From assembly GCA_004297305.1 (NCBI GenBank), contig SCTR01000006.1:6129-70128 (forward strand): DNA of 64,000 nucleotides. Reading direction: 5' to 3'. Position 1 is the stretch's first letter; the number at the start of each line of letters is the position of its first letter. Origin of the DNA: Actinomycetota bacterium. GTDB lineage: Bacteria; Actinomycetota; Actinomycetes; S36-B12; FW305-bin1. The notes under the pieces are model-generated. The model did not search any database, was not told the origin of the DNA, and saw nothing but the letters and a program-made list of their open reading frames with translations. Below are positions 30,198 through 39,768 of this stretch, piece by piece. A program made the position numbers and the translations under genes.

Positions 30198-32782
30198 CGA
30201 TCCATCCTTCGGATGTGACCACCCCCGGCGGCCCGGAACAGGGGCCCGAACCTCTCGACAGTGAACTGCGACAAGCACTACGGCAACTGGCCCGGACTCC
30301 GCACCTGCTGGTGTGCTGCGACTACGACGGCACGCTGGCGCCGATCGTGCCCAATCCCACCGACGCCCGGCCGCTGCCGGAGTCGATCACGGCGTTGCGG
30401 AACCTCGCGGCGATGCCGTCGACGACCGCGGCGGTCATCTCCGGCCGGTCGTTGCGTGACCTCGCGGCGCTCAGCCGGCTGCCGGGCGAGGTCCACCTGG
30501 TGGGCAGTCATGGCTCGGAGTTCGACATCGGCTACGTGACGGCGATGGACGACGACAACGCCGCCCTGCTGCGCCGGGTAGACCAGTCGCTGGCCGAACT
30601 GACCGACGGGGTACCGGGGGTCAGTCTGGAGCGCAAGCCGGCGAGTATCGCGGTGCACGTGCGCCGGGCGGACCCCGACGCGGCGGCCACCGTCCTGCGG
30701 GCCCTCGACGAGGGCCCGGTGACCTGGCCCGGCGTCCATGTGACCAAGGGCAAGGAAGTCGTCGAACTCGCCGTGGTCGAGACCAACAAGGGCTCCGCGG
30801 TCGACATCCTGCGCCATCGGACCGGCGCGACGGCGGCGATCTTCGTCGGCGACGACGCGACCGACGAGCGCGCCTTCGCCCGGCTGCACGGGCCGGACAT
30901 CTCGGTCAAGGTCGGCCCGGGAGACAGCCTGGCGCAGTACCGGATCGCCGATCCGCACGACGTGGCGCGACTGCTGGCGATGATGGTCGAGGAACGGCTG
31001 TCGTGGCTCACCGGCGTCGACGCCGTCCCGATCGAACGCTTGTCGCTGCTGGCCGACGGCGCCTCGGTGGCCCTGGTCACGCCGCATGGCGCGATCAGCT
31101 GGCTGTGTCACCCCGACCCCGACAGCCCCGCCGTCTTCGCCCACCTGCTGGGCGGGGAGGCAGCCGGCCACTTCTCGGTGCATCCGGTCCGGCAGGCGAT
31201 GCCGCTGGCGCAGGCGTACGTCGCGGACACCTGGACGCTGCGCACCCGCTGGCCCGGCCTGGACGTCCTGGACTACCTGGAGGTGCAACCGCCCAACGAC
31301 GGCACCCGCCGCCACGCCCGGCTGGTCCGCGTCCTGCAGGGAACCGCGCGCGCCCGCGTGGTGTTCGCGCCCCGGCCCGAGTTCGGCGGCGTCCCGGTAC
31401 GGCTGCAGCCGGGTCCCGACGGGGTGGTCGTGGTCGGCTCCGCGGAGCCGATGGTGCTGCACGCTCCGGGACTCGACTGGGAGGTCCACCGCGACGGCAT
31501 GCATGACACGGCCGTGGCGACGGTGGACCCCGGCGCGGGATCCGTCGTCCTGGAACTGCGGCTGGGCACGGACGACCTGAGTGACCGCACCGAACCCGAG
31601 CCCGAGCGCCGCGCACGCACCGAGTCGTACTGGCGGTCCTGGGTGAGCGGGCTCCGCCTGCCGGCGACCCGGCGGGCGGCCGTGGTCCGGTCGGCACTGA
31701 CGCTCAAGGCGTTGTGCTACCAGCCGACCGGCGCAGTCCTGGCTGCCGCGACCGCGTCGTTGCCAGAACAGATCGGCGGCATCCGCAACTGGGACTACCG
31801 CTACTGCTGGCCGCGAGATGCGTCGATGAGCGTCGAAGCCCTCGTGCAGTTGGGCAGCACCGCGGAAGCCGACGCCTTCCTCGACTGGCTGGCCGGCGTG
31901 CTGGAGACCGTGGGCCGGCCCGAGCAGCTACACCCGCTGTACACCATCTTCGGCCGGACCCTCGGCGCCGAGGCCGTCGTGGACACCCTGCCGGGATACG
32001 CCGGCAGCCGGCCGGTCCGGGTGTCCAACGCCGCCCAGGGCCAGCTGCAGCTGGACGTCTTCGGCCCGGTGGCGAGCCTGCTCGCCGTGCTCGCCGACGA
32101 ACGTGGAGCGGTCAGCGACCGGGATTGGCTACTGGCGCAGGAGTTGGTGGCCGCGGTCGAGGCGCGGTGGTACGAACCCGATCACGGCATCTGGGAGATC
32201 CGTGACGTCCCCCGGCACCACGTGCACAGCCGGGTGATGTGCTGGCAGACAGTCGATCGCGGCCTGACGCTGGCAGCTGCGCGTGGCGTCGACCGGCCGG
32301 ACTGGAAGCAACTGCGGGACCGCATCGCGGAGAACCTGTTCCTGCACGGCACCGACCCGCAGACCGGCGCCTTCGGCACCGCCTTCGAAAGCCGCGACGC
32401 GGACGCCGCGACGCTGGCGGTAATCCTGTCCGGGATGCTCGACGGGTCCGACCCCCGCGCCCAGGCGACGGTCGCCCACGTCGAGTCGGAGTTGCGCCGC
32501 GGACCCACCGTGCACCGCTACCTGTTCGACGACGGACTGCCCGGCCACGAAGGCGGGATGCACATCTGCACCGGGTGGCTGATCGAGGCGTACCTGGCCG
32601 TAGGCCGCCACGAGGACGCCGAGCAACTGTTCGAGGCGATGCTGGCGACGGCGGGCCCGACCGGGCTGCTGCCGGAGCAGTACGACGGCGTACGCGGCCG
32701 GTCACTGGGCAACCACCCGCAGGCCTACTCCCACCTGTCGGTGATCCGGGCCGCACTGCTGTTCGACGCCATCGCCCGCTGA
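30194..32782 (+). CDS. otsB: bifunctional-type protein: trehalose-phosphatase (HAD, OtsB) domain fused to a glycoside hydrolase family 15 (trehalase/glucoamylase-like) domain
   Basis: ATG 30194 overlaps the otsA stop (ATGA). N-domain: [31 protein letters not shown]-domain: [36 protein letters not shown] and [15 protein letters not shown]. Confidence 0.85.
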   Translation: MTIHPSDVTTPGGPEQGPEPLDSELRQALRQLARTPHLLVCCDYDGTLAPIVPNPTDARPLPESITALRNLAAMPSTTAAVISGRSLRDLAALSRLPGEVHLVGSHGSEFDIGYVTAMDDDNAALLRRVDQSLAELTDGVPGVSLERKPASIAVHVRRADPDAAATVLRALDEGPVTWPGVHVTKGKEVVELAVVETNKGSAVDILRHRTGATAAIFVGDDATDERAFARLHGPDISVKVGPGDSLAQYRIADPHDVARLLAMMVEERLSWLTGVDAVPIERLSLLADGASVALVTPHGAISWLCHPDPDSPAVFAHLLGGEAAGHFSVHPVRQAMPLAQAYVADTWTLRTRWPGLDVLDYLEVQPPNDGTRRHARLVRVLQGTARARVVFAPRPEFGGVPVRLQPGPDGVVVVGSAEPMVLHAPGLDWEVHRDGMHDTAVATVDPGAGSVVLELRLGTDDLSDRTEPEPERRARTESYWRSWVSGLRLPATRRAAVVRSALTLKALCYQPTGAVLAAATASLPEQIGGIRNWDYRYCWPRDASMSVEALVQLGSTAEADAFLDWLAGVLETVGRPEQLHPLYTIFGRTLGAEAVVDTLPGYAGSRPVRVSNAAQGQLQLDVFGPVASLLAVLADERGAVSDRDWLLAQELVAAVEARWYEPDHGIWEIRDVPRHHVHSRVMCWQTVDRGLTLAAARGVDRPDWKQLRDRIAENLFLHGTDPQTGAFGTAFESRDADAATLAVILSGMLDGSDPRAQATVAHVESELRRGPTVHRYLFDDGLPGHEGGMHICTGWLIEAYLAVGRHEDAEQLFEAMLATAGPTGLLPEQYDGVRGRSLGNHPQAYSHLSVIRAALLFDAIAR

Positions 32783-32832
32783 CCCGGCCACCGAACGTTG
32801 CGGCGTTCCGCGCCACCGCCGACGGTTTCGCT

Positions 32833-32962
32833 TTGCGCGCCGAAGTGTCGCTATGAGGCGGCGAAGCGGCCGAGATAGCGACCACAAGGCGCGCAACACT
32901 GGACCGACACTGGGCGCTGACGTACGGCTGAAGCGGACCGGCCGTACGGCGGGGCGACGATC
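32833..32962. repeat. left repeat block: 64-nt palindromic element (32833-32896) plus degenerate reverse-oriented CCGTACG units
   Basis: TTGCGCGCC-gaagt-GTCGCTAT-loop-GATAGCGAC-cacaa-GGCGCGCAA. 61 of 68 positions are identical to the reverse complement of 34360-34427 by hand alignment. cggaccggccgtacgg matches the reverse complement of 34300-34315. Confidence 0.8.
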
Positions 32963-32976
32963 GCTACAGTCCGCGG

Positions 32977-34167
32977 ATGGAGCTCGACCAGGACCTCACC
33001 TCGGTCTTCGTCGTCGCGCTCATCGCCGCGGTCACCCCACTGCTCGTGGGGTTCTTCCGGCTCAGAGTCGCCGAAGTAGTCCTGCTCCTGGCGTTGGGGG
33101 CACTGGCTGGTCCCAGCGCCCTCGACCTGATCGAGATCACCGACGCGGTGACCTTGCTGCAGAACCTGGGGCTCGGCTTCCTGTTCTTCGTGGCCGGGTA
33201 CGAACTCGACCCGCGGCTGGCACGCGACCGCGAGGGGCTGCTCGGCGGCCTGGGGTGGCTGGCCTCCCTCGTCCTCGCCGGCGTCACCGCCGTCGTCCTC
33301 ACCGCGACTGGGGTCGTGTCGGACTCGGTCGGCGTCGCCATCGCCTTGACCAGCACCGCACTCGGGACGCTGCTGCCCATGCTGCGCGACCGCGGCCTGA
33401 CCCGGACGCCGTTCGGTCGTTACTTCATGGGCGCCGGCGCGGCCGGCGAGTTCGGCCCCATCCTCGCCATCTCGATCTTCCTCGGCAGCCGCAGCTCGGA
33501 GGGCTCGCTCATCGTGCTCGCCCTGTTCGGCGTGCTGGCCGTGGCCATCGCGATCGTGCCCCGTCGGATGGTCGGCGAACGGCTGCGCGCGATCCTGGAA
33601 CTGGGCCGTGAGACCAGCTCGCAGACTCCGGTTCGCTGGACCATCCTCCTGCTCGTCGGGCTGCTCGCGTTGTCCGACAGGTTCGGCCTCGACGTGGTCC
33701 TCGGCGCCTTCGTCGCCGGCGCCATCCTCAAACTCTGGACGCCCGCCGAGAGCGAAGGATTGGACCGCAAGGTCGAAGGTATTGCCTTCGGCTTCTTCAT
33801 CCCGCTGTTCTTCGTGGTGTCCGGTGCCGCCCTCGACCTGGCCAGCATCGCCGAGAATCCGTTGCGGCTGCTGCTGTTCTTCGTCCTGCTGCTGGTGGTG
33901 CGCGGTGCGCCGCAGCTGCTGGTGTACCGCCGCGACATGCCGCTGCTGATCGAGCGAGTGCGATTCTCGCTGTACGTCGCCACCGGGCTGCCCATCATCG
34001 TGGCGGTCACCGGACTGGGCGTGGCCGCCGGGGTGATGCTGCCGGAGAACGCCGCCGCGCTGGTCGGTGCCGGCGCGTTGTCCGTCCTGGTCTTCCCGCT
34101 GGTGGCCGACCTGCTGCCGGGACGGGGACTCGATCCTGCCACCCGGCCGCTGCCGGCGCGGGACTGA
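32977..34167 (+). CDS. cation:proton antiporter (CPA/Kef-type Na+/H+ exchanger family)
   Basis: 396 aa with about 11-12 TM segments. N-terminal pattern VVLLLALGALAGPSALDLI and GLGFLFFVAGYELD typical of Na_H_Exchanger proteins. Confidence 0.85.
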   Translation: MELDQDLTSVFVVALIAAVTPLLVGFFRLRVAEVVLLLALGALAGPSALDLIEITDAVTLLQNLGLGFLFFVAGYELDPRLARDREGLLGGLGWLASLVLAGVTAVVLTATGVVSDSVGVAIALTSTALGTLLPMLRDRGLTRTPFGRYFMGAGAAGEFGPILAISIFLGSRSSEGSLIVLALFGVLAVAIAIVPRRMVGERLRAILELGRETSSQTPVRWTILLLVGLLALSDRFGLDVVLGAFVAGAILKLWTPAESEGLDRKVEGIAFGFFIPLFFVVSGAALDLASIAENPLRLLLFFVLLLVVRGAPQLLVYRRDMPLLIERVRFSLYVATGLPIIVAVTGLGVAAGVMLPENAAALVGAGALSVLVFPLVADLLPGRGLDPATRPLPARD

Positions 34168-34187
34168 TCGCCGACACATCCGGGTCG

Positions 34188-34366
34188 CCGTACGTCGGGG
34201 TCCGGCGACATACGTCAGTCCCGGCGGTGCCGTACGTCGGGTCCGGTGTTGTCGTACGTCGGGTCCGGTGCTGTCGTACGTCGGGTCCGGTGTTGCGGTG
34301 CCGTACGGCCGGTCCGGCGTCGCCGTACGTCGGGTCCGGTGTTGCCGTACGTCGGGCCCGGTGTTG
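34188..34366. repeat. tandem array of about 8 x 22-nt units CCGTACGTCGGGTCCGGTGTTG
   Basis: TACG cores at 34191, 34211, 34233, 34255, 34277, 34304, 34326 and 34348. The period is not a multiple of 3, so the array is non-coding. Confidence 0.9.
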
Positions 34367-34427
34367 CGCGCCTTGTCGTCGCTATCTCGGCCGATTCGCC
34401 GCCCGATAGCGACGCTATGGCGCGCAA
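34364..34427. repeat. 64-nt palindromic element, right copy 1
   Basis: TTGCGCGCC-ttgtc-GTCGCTATC-tcggccgattcgccgccc-GATAGCGAC-gctat-GGCGCGCAA. Confidence 0.85.
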
Positions 34428-34515
34428 AGCCGAGGGGTTTGGGCCCGTCCCCGCCGATAGCGACGCCACGGCGCGCGCAGCGAGAAACTCCGAGTCGCCG
34501 TGCGTCGCGTCGCTG

Positions 34516-34578
34516 TTGCGCGCCTTCTGGTTGCTAACCCTCCGATTCGCCGCCTGATAGCGACAGTACGGCGCGCAA
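34516..34578. repeat. palindromic element, right copy 2 (degenerate left arm)
   Basis: TTGCGCGCC-ttctg-GTTGCTAAC-cctccgattcgccgcct-GATAGCGAC-agtac-GGCGCGCAA. An extra half-site GATAGCGAC-gccac-GGCGCGCGC lies at 34456-34478. Confidence 0.75.
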
Positions 34579-34579
34579 A

Positions 34580-34692
34580 GCCGGCCGCCGGGGTAGTAGT
34601 AAGCCGGCCGCCGGGGTAGTAGTAAGCCGGTCGCCCGGGTAGTAGCCGGCCGGGTAGTAGTGGTAGCCCGCCGGGTACTGGCCGGCCGGGGG
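34580..34692. repeat. about 23-nt tandem repeat GCCGGCCGCCGGGGTAGTAGTAA (2 exact plus about 3 degenerate units) ending at the rlmB stop codon
   Basis: Exact units at 34580-34602 and 34603-34625, with decaying copies to 34692. The rlmB TAA stop is at 34693-34695. Confidence 0.85.
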
Positions 34693-35709
34693 TTAGTCGC
34701 GGTGGGGGGCTGCGTCGGTACGGCGGGCGCGGGCGACCTCGTGCAGCGCGATCCCGGCAGCGACCGAGGCATTGAGCGACTCGGTGGCCGCCGTCATCGG
34801 AATCGACGCGAGCAGGTCACAGGTCTGCGCCACCAGGCGCGACAGTCCCGCGCCCTCGCTGCCGACGACCAGCACGACCGGGCCGGCCAACACCTCACGG
34901 TCCAGGTCGTCCCAGCTGCTGGCTCCCCCAGCAGCCAGTCCGACAACGGTGAAACCGCTGCGCTGCAACGAGACCAGCGCTCGCGTGAGGTTGACGACGC
35001 GGGCGACCGGGACGCGCGCCGCGGCGCCGGCGGAGGTCTTCCACGCCGCCGCGCTGACACCGGCGGCCCGCCGCGCCGGTACGACGACGCCGTGCGCACC
35101 GAACGCTGCCGCCGAACGGATCACCGCGCCGAGGTTGCGCGGATCGGTCACCGCGTCGAGCGCGACGAGCAGCGGTTCCTGCCGGGCCGAGCCTGCCCCG
35201 GCGAGCAGGTCGTCGAGGTCGGCGTACGAGTACGGCGGTACCCGCAGCGCCAGGCCCTGGTGCACCGCCCGGCCGGCGATCCGGTCCAGCTCGGACCTGC
35301 CGACCTCCAGGAGCGCGATGCCGCGGTCGGCGGCCGCCGCCAACGATTCGCGGATCCGGTCGTCGGTGTCGACGTACTGCTGGACATACAACGTCGTGGC
35401 CGGCACCTGCGCCCGCAACGCCTCCACGACGGCGTTGCGTCCGACGACGAGTTCCGGCCCGTCCTTGGCGGGGCGGGCCGGCGCGGTCGCGCTGCCCGGC
35501 GCGCGAGCGGGCCGTCCGGACCCGGAACCGGCGCGCTGGTCGGCGGCGCGAGCCCGCCGGGCGGCGGGATGCTTCTCGCGCTCGGTCGCCTTGGGCGTCG
35601 GGCCCTTCGGCTCCAGGCCGCGACGGCGCTGGCCGCCCGAACCGACGACCTGGCCCTTCTTGGTGCCGGCCTTGCGCATCGCTCCCTTGCGCTGGGAGTT
35701 CCCGGCCAT
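34693..35709 (-). CDS. rlmB: 23S rRNA (guanosine-2'-O)-methyltransferase RlmB (SpoU/TrmH family)
   Basis: 338 aa. Basic Gly/Arg-rich N-terminus, SpoU substrate-binding domain and a TrmH fold ([39 protein letters not shown]). Confidence 0.9.
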   Translation of the reverse strand: MAGNSQRKGAMRKAGTKKGQVVGSGGQRRRGLEPKGPTPKATEREKHPAARRARAADQRAGSGSGRPARAPGSATAPARPAKDGPELVVGRNAVVEALRAQVPATTLYVQQYVDTDDRIRESLAAAADRGIALLEVGRSELDRIAGRAVHQGLALRVPPYSYADLDDLLAGAGSARQEPLLVALDAVTDPRNLGAVIRSAAAFGAHGVVVPARRAAGVSAAAWKTSAGAAARVPVARVVNLTRALVSLQRSGFTVVGLAAGGASSWDDLDREVLAGPVVLVVGSEGAGLSRLVAQTCDLLASIPMTAATESLNASVAAGIALHEVARARRTDAAPHRD

Positions 35710-37184
35710 CAGCCCTCCCCGGCCAGCGTCCAGCGCGAACCACCCGGCGCGTCCTCCACGGTGACACCGGCCTCGTGCAGCCGGTCGCGAATCAGGTCGG
35801 CGGTCGCGAAGTCCTTGCGCGCCCGGGCATCAGCGCGCTGCTCGAGGACCAGGTCGACCAGCACGTCCAACGCGCGGTGGGTACGCGCGTCGTCGCCGCG
35901 GCCGGACCCGGCCGGCCCCGGATCGATCCCGAGGACCGCCGCCATCGCAGTTACCTCGGCGACCGTGGAGTGCAGCGTGACGCGGTCGCCGGCGTCCAGC
36001 GCCGCGTTGCCCCGGCGTACCGTCTCGTGCAGCACCGCCAGCGCCTGCGGGACGGCGAGGTCGTCGTCCAGTGCAGCGTCGAACGCCGCCGGCCGGCCGT
36101 GACCGCCCGATGCCGGGGCGGCCGAGTCACCCAGTGCTCTCGCGGCCGAGTCATCCAGCGCGGCCGAGCCGCCCACCGCAGTGGCGGCCGAGTCGCCCAG
36201 CGCGGCGGTGCCGCGCCGCAGGAAGCCTTCCAGCCGCCGGTAGCCGGCCGCCGCCTCCTCCAGCGCGTCGACGGAGAACTCCAGCAGCGACCGGTAGTGC
36301 GCGCTGGCCAGGTAGTAGCGCAACTCCACCGGGCGGACCCGCTCGAGCAGCGTCGACAGCGCCAGGGTGTTGCCCAGCGACTTGCTCATCTTCTCGCCCG
36401 CCTGTGTCAGCCAGGCCGCGTGCAGCCAGTACCGGGCGAAACCGTCACCGACCGAGCACGACTGCGCGAGTTCGTTCTCGTGGTGGGGGAAGACCAGATC
36501 CAGGCCGCCGCCGTGGATGTCGAACACCGGGCCCAGGTACGTCGTGGCCATCGCCGAGCACTCCAGATGCCAGCCGGGCCGGCCCGGCCCCCAGGGCGTC
36601 GGCCAGGACGGCTCGCCCGGCTTGGCGCCCTTCCACAGCGCGAAGTCGCGAGGGTCACGCTTGCGGGATTCGTGCGGAGAGTCCGCGGCCGGATGCATGT
36701 CGTCCGGTCGTTGGCCGGACAGCGCGCCGTACTGCGGGAAGGACCGGACGTCGAAGTAGACGTCGCCGCCGACCGGGTACGCCGCACCGGCTGCGATGAG
36801 GCGCTCGATGAGGTCGACCATCTGGGTCACGTGGCCGGTGGCGCGCGGCTCGACCGTCGGCGGCAGGCAGCCGAGCAGGTCGTGCGCTGCGGCGAACGCC
36901 CGTTCGTACTGCGCGGCCACCGCCCACCACGGCCGGCCCTGCGCCGCGCCCCGCGCCAGGATCTTGTCGTCGATGTCGGTCACGTTGCGGCACAGCACCA
37001 CGTCGTACCCGCTGGCGATCAGCCACCGCCGCAGGACGTCGAAGACGACGCCGGTGCGCAGGTGGCCGATGTGCGGAGCTGCCTGCACCGTGGGCCCGCA
37101 GACGTACATCGTGACGGTCGGTGGCGCGATCGGGGTGAACACGCGGACCGCGCGTGCGGCGGTGTCGTACAGGCGCAGGCTCAC
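35709..37184 (-). CDS. cysS: cysteine--tRNA ligase
   Basis: 491 aa. HIGH motif (APHIGHLR) and KMSKS motif ([10 protein letters not shown]). GTG start at 37184. Contains an internal Ala/Ser/Gly repeat insertion. Confidence 0.95.
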   Translation of the reverse strand: MSLRLYDTAARAVRVFTPIAPPTVTMYVCGPTVQAAPHIGHLRTGVVFDVLRRWLIASGYDVVLCRNVTDIDDKILARGAAQGRPWWAVAAQYERAFAAAHDLLGCLPPTVEPRATGHVTQMVDLIERLIAAGAAYPVGGDVYFDVRSFPQYGALSGQRPDDMHPAADSPHESRKRDPRDFALWKGAKPGEPSWPTPWGPGRPGWHLECSAMATTYLGPVFDIHGGGLDLVFPHHENELAQSCSVGDGFARYWLHAAWLTQAGEKMSKSLGNTLALSTLLERVRPVELRYYLASAHYRSLLEFSVDALEEAAAGYRRLEGFLRRGTAALGDSAATAVGGSAALDDSAARALGDSAAPASGGHGRPAAFDAALDDDLAVPQALAVLHETVRRGNAALDAGDRVTLHSTVAEVTAMAAVLGIDPGPAGSGRGDDARTHRALDVLVDLVLEQRADARARKDFATADLIRDRLHEAGVTVEDAPGGSRWTLAGEG

Positions 37185-37194
37185 GGCGGGGAGC

Positions 37195-37764
37195 CTAACC
37201 GGCGGCAGGCACGATCAATGCCGTCGCGACGGCGGCCAGCCCCTCGCCCCGGCCGGTCAGCCCCAGCCCGTCGCTGGTCGTGCCTGCGACGCGCACCGGC
37301 GCGCCACAGGCATCCGACAACGCCGCCTGCGCCGCGTCGCGGCGAGCGGCGACGCGGGGGCGGACTCCGATCACCTGGACCGCGACGTTGCCGATCCGCC
37401 AGCCGGCCTCACGAACCAGCCGGGCGGCCTCGGCCAGCAGGACGACACCGGCGGCGTCGGCCCACCGCGGATCGGTGGTGCCGAACACCGAGCCGAGGTC
37501 TCCCAGGCCGGCGGCGGATAGCAACGCGTCGCAGGCCGCGTGCGCGGCGACGTCACCGTCGGAGTGCCCGGCCAGACCCGGCTCACCCGGCCACAGCAGC
37601 CCGGCCACCCACAGCGGCCGGTCCGCGGCGAAGGCGTGGACGTCGACTCCGACGCCGACCGCCGGCAACGCGGCCGGCAATTCCGCCGGCGACCAGGCCG
37701 GCACATCGGCCGGCCGGTCAGACCCGGTCTCGGCCGACGGCTCGGCCGGCAGCTCAGCCGACAA
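37195..37764 (-). CDS. ispF: 2-C-methyl-D-erythritol 2,4-cyclodiphosphate synthase
   Basis: Motifs [20 protein letters not shown] and GTTDPRW. The ORF start 37764 gives an unusual N-terminal extension of about 35 aa that overlaps the ispD end, so the true start may be internal. Confidence 0.88.
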   Translation of the reverse strand: MSAELPAEPSAETGSDRPADVPAWSPAELPAALPAVGVGVDVHAFAADRPLWVAGLLWPGEPGLAGHSDGDVAAHAACDALLSAAGLGDLGSVFGTTDPRWADAAGVVLLAEAARLVREAGWRIGNVAVQVIGVRPRVAARRDAAQAALSDACGAPVRVAGTTSDGLGLTGRGEGLAAVATALIVPAAG

Positions 37765-38569
37765 CGCCGGCCGCCCGTCGACGGGCCAGGACGGCCTCGG
37801 CGAGCACGAGGTCGAGCGGCCGGGTCACTTTGAACGCGTCGGCGTGGCCGGCGATCACCAGCACGGTCCCCCCGTTGCGCTCGACAAGACCGGCATCGTC
37901 GGTATCGGCAACGGCGTCGGCGGTGGTCGCGGCATGGGCGGCCTGCAGCACCGCCCGGCGGAAGCCCTGCGGCGTCTGGACGGCCCGCAGCGCCGCCCGG
38001 ACCGGCGTGGCCACGACGCGGCCGGCCCCGTCGACCTCCTTGATGGTGTCGGTCACCGCCAGACCGGGCACGACGGCCGGCGCGCCGTCGCGGACCGCCG
38101 CGGCGACCTGGTCGACCAGTTCCACCGGGGCCAGCGGCCGGGCAGCGTCGTGGACGAGGACCACGTCGACGTCGGCGGGCAATGCCAGCAGTGCGCGGCC
38201 GACCGACGATTGCCGGTCGTCCCCACCGGGGACGACCTCGACGTGCGTGGCGCTACCCGCGCCTACCCCGTGGTCGGCCAACAGGACCGCGACCGCCTCG
38301 ACATCGTCACGAGGCGCGGCAACGACGATGAGATCCACCGACCGCGCCGCCGCCAGCAGCCGGACCGCGTGGACCAGCATCGGGACGCCCCCCAGCGGCC
38401 GCAGCGCCTTGGGGGTTCCCGGGCCGAGGCGCTCACCGCGGCCGGCCGCCGGGACCACAGCCGCGGTACGACCCTCCCGGCCGGCCGTGCGCGGGCCGGC
38501 GGGGCTCACGTCTCCCGCGCCCCGGTCTCCTGCGCTCACGCCCCCGGCGCCCACGTCCCCGGCGCTCAT
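37754..38569 (-). CDS. ispD: 2-C-methyl-D-erythritol 4-phosphate cytidylyltransferase
   Basis: [12 protein letters not shown] motif and the rest of the IspD fold. ATG 38569 overlaps the upstream stop (ATGA). Gly/Ala/Asp-rich N-terminal extension. Confidence 0.9.
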   Translation of the reverse strand: MSAGDVGAGGVSAGDRGAGDVSPAGPRTAGREGRTAAVVPAAGRGERLGPGTPKALRPLGGVPMLVHAVRLLAAARSVDLIVVAAPRDDVEAVAVLLADHGVGAGSATHVEVVPGGDDRQSSVGRALLALPADVDVVLVHDAARPLAPVELVDQVAAAVRDGAPAVVPGLAVTDTIKEVDGAGRVVATPVRAALRAVQTPQGFRRAVLQAAHAATTADAVADTDDAGLVERNGGTVLVIAGHADAFKVTRPLDLVLAEAVLARRRAAGVVG

Positions 38570-39768
38570 GGCCCCGGCTCGTGCGTTGTCGGGCCGGCCG
38601 GCCCCGGCTCGTGCGTTGTCGGCCTCGGCCCGGGAGTCGCCGGGCCCGCCGCCGGGCCCGCTTCGTGACCGGCGTACGGCGCGGCAGCCGGGCGGGCGAA
38701 CACCATCCGGCCGTTCGCGGTGGTCAGCACGCTGGTCACCGTCACGTTCGCCTCCCCACCGACCAGGGACCGGCCGCCTTCCACGACGACCATCGTGCCG
38801 TCGTCGAGGTACGCCACGCCCTGCCCGGCCTCCCGACCCGGCCTGCTCACCACGACCACCACCTCGTCGCCGACCACGACCGGCGGGCGCAGCGACACCG
38901 CCAGCCGATGCAGGTTCAGCACGTGCGCGCCGGCCAGCGCGGCGACCTTCGCCAGGTTGGTATCGAAGGTCAGCAGCGCGGCGTCGCGGTCCAGGCAGAT
39001 CCGGACCAGCTTGCCGTCGACCTCGGCCACGCCTGGCGCCTCGTCGGGGATGATCCGCAGCTCGACTCCCGGCTCGTGCCGCAACGTCTCCAGGACGTCC
39101 AGTCCGCGCCGGCCCTTGCTGCGCCGCAACGGATCCGCCGAGTCCGCCATCGCCTGCAACTCGCCCAGCACCGGGCGGGGGACCAGCAGCAGGCCCTGCG
39201 CGAAACCTGCCCGAACCACGTCGATGATCCGGCCGTCGACCGCCACCGACGTGTCCAGGATCCGAGGCAAGGTCGCCGGCGAACGCTGTGGAGTCACCAT
39301 CCCGGCGCGGGGTCCGACGGTCCCGAGCACGGCTTCGCGTCGGTTGCGGCCCACCCGGAAACCGAAGATCGCGCCGACCAGGACCAGCAGGACGAACAGC
39401 GGCAGCATCAGTTTGGCGTCGCCCACCAGGAACAGCGGCCAGGCCACGATCGCCACGAGGGCAGCGCCGCCGACCGCGCCGACGCCGCCGGCGACCACCT
39501 GCTCCGCCGATAGCCTCGACAGCGCGCGCTCGCCTTCGTCGATCGCCTGCAGTACGGCTCGGGCCAGCACCCCGCCGAGCGAATAGCCGAGGCCCGCGCC
39601 GACGATGCCGCCCAGCCAGATGCCGTTGAACGGTCCCAGCACCGGGTCGTCGACCTCGCCACCGAGCGCCTGGCCGATCTCGAGCCCCAGCCCCGCGCCG
39701 AAGATGACGATGAGAATCCGCAACGCCTCCACCGCGACGCTCGGCACCCGCGTCAGCCGGGGATTCAC
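38566..39768 (-). CDS. PIN and TRAM domain-containing integral membrane protein (YacL-like)
   Basis: 400 aa. Four N-terminal TM helices, a PIN domain (RILDTSVAVDGRIIDV), a TRAM-like C-domain (VTVTSVLTTANGRMVFAR), and a Pro-rich tail with a duplicated [10 protein letters not shown]. Confidence 0.8.
   Translation of the reverse strand: MNPRLTRVPSVAVEALRILIVIFGAGLGLEIGQALGGEVDDPVLGPFNGIWLGGIVGAGLGYSLGGVLARAVLQAIDEGERALSRLSAEQVVAGGVGAVGGAALVAIVAWPLFLVGDAKLMLPLFVLLVLVGAIFGFRVGRNRREAVLGTVGPRAGMVTPQRSPATLPRILDTSVAVDGRIIDVVRAGFAQGLLLVPRPVLGELQAMADSADPLRRSKGRRGLDVLETLRHEPGVELRIIPDEAPGVAEVDGKLVRICLDRDAALLTFDTNLAKVAALAGAHVLNLHRLAVSLRPPVVVGDEVVVVVSRPGREAGQGVAYLDDGTMVVVEGGRSLVGGEANVTVTSVLTTANGRMVFARPAAAPYAGHEAGPAAGPATPGPRPTTHEPGPAGPTTHEPGP

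Noticed and set aside
29270-32782. 1170-aa ORF read as one protein
   Set aside because: The first 308 codons overlap otsA out of frame and are Arg/Pro-rich. Recognisable OtsB sequence begins at ATG 30194, which overlaps the otsA stop (ATGA).
32833-32976. Leader of the antiporter gene as a cation (nhaA-I type Na+/Li+) riboswitch
   Set aside because: The structured element recurs twice downstream of the gene and in opposite orientation, so it is a repeat family rather than a gene-specific 5' aptamer. I also could not recognise any known riboswitch core.
32851-34179. 442-aa minus-strand ORF antisense to the antiporter
   Set aside because: Its composition is charged Asp/Glu/Arg/Gln-rich with no domains. 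The plus-strand frame encodes a coherent 11-12 TM transporter.
34188-34366. Possible CRISPR array
   Set aside because: The units are contiguous (22-nt period) with no unique spacers. There is no leader and there are no cas genes in the window.
35775-39053. 1092-aa plus-strand ORF
   Set aside because: It is antisense to cysS, ispF, ispD and the PIN/TRAM gene, all of which have unmistakable motifs. Its translation is low-complexity Arg/Pro/Ala sequence.
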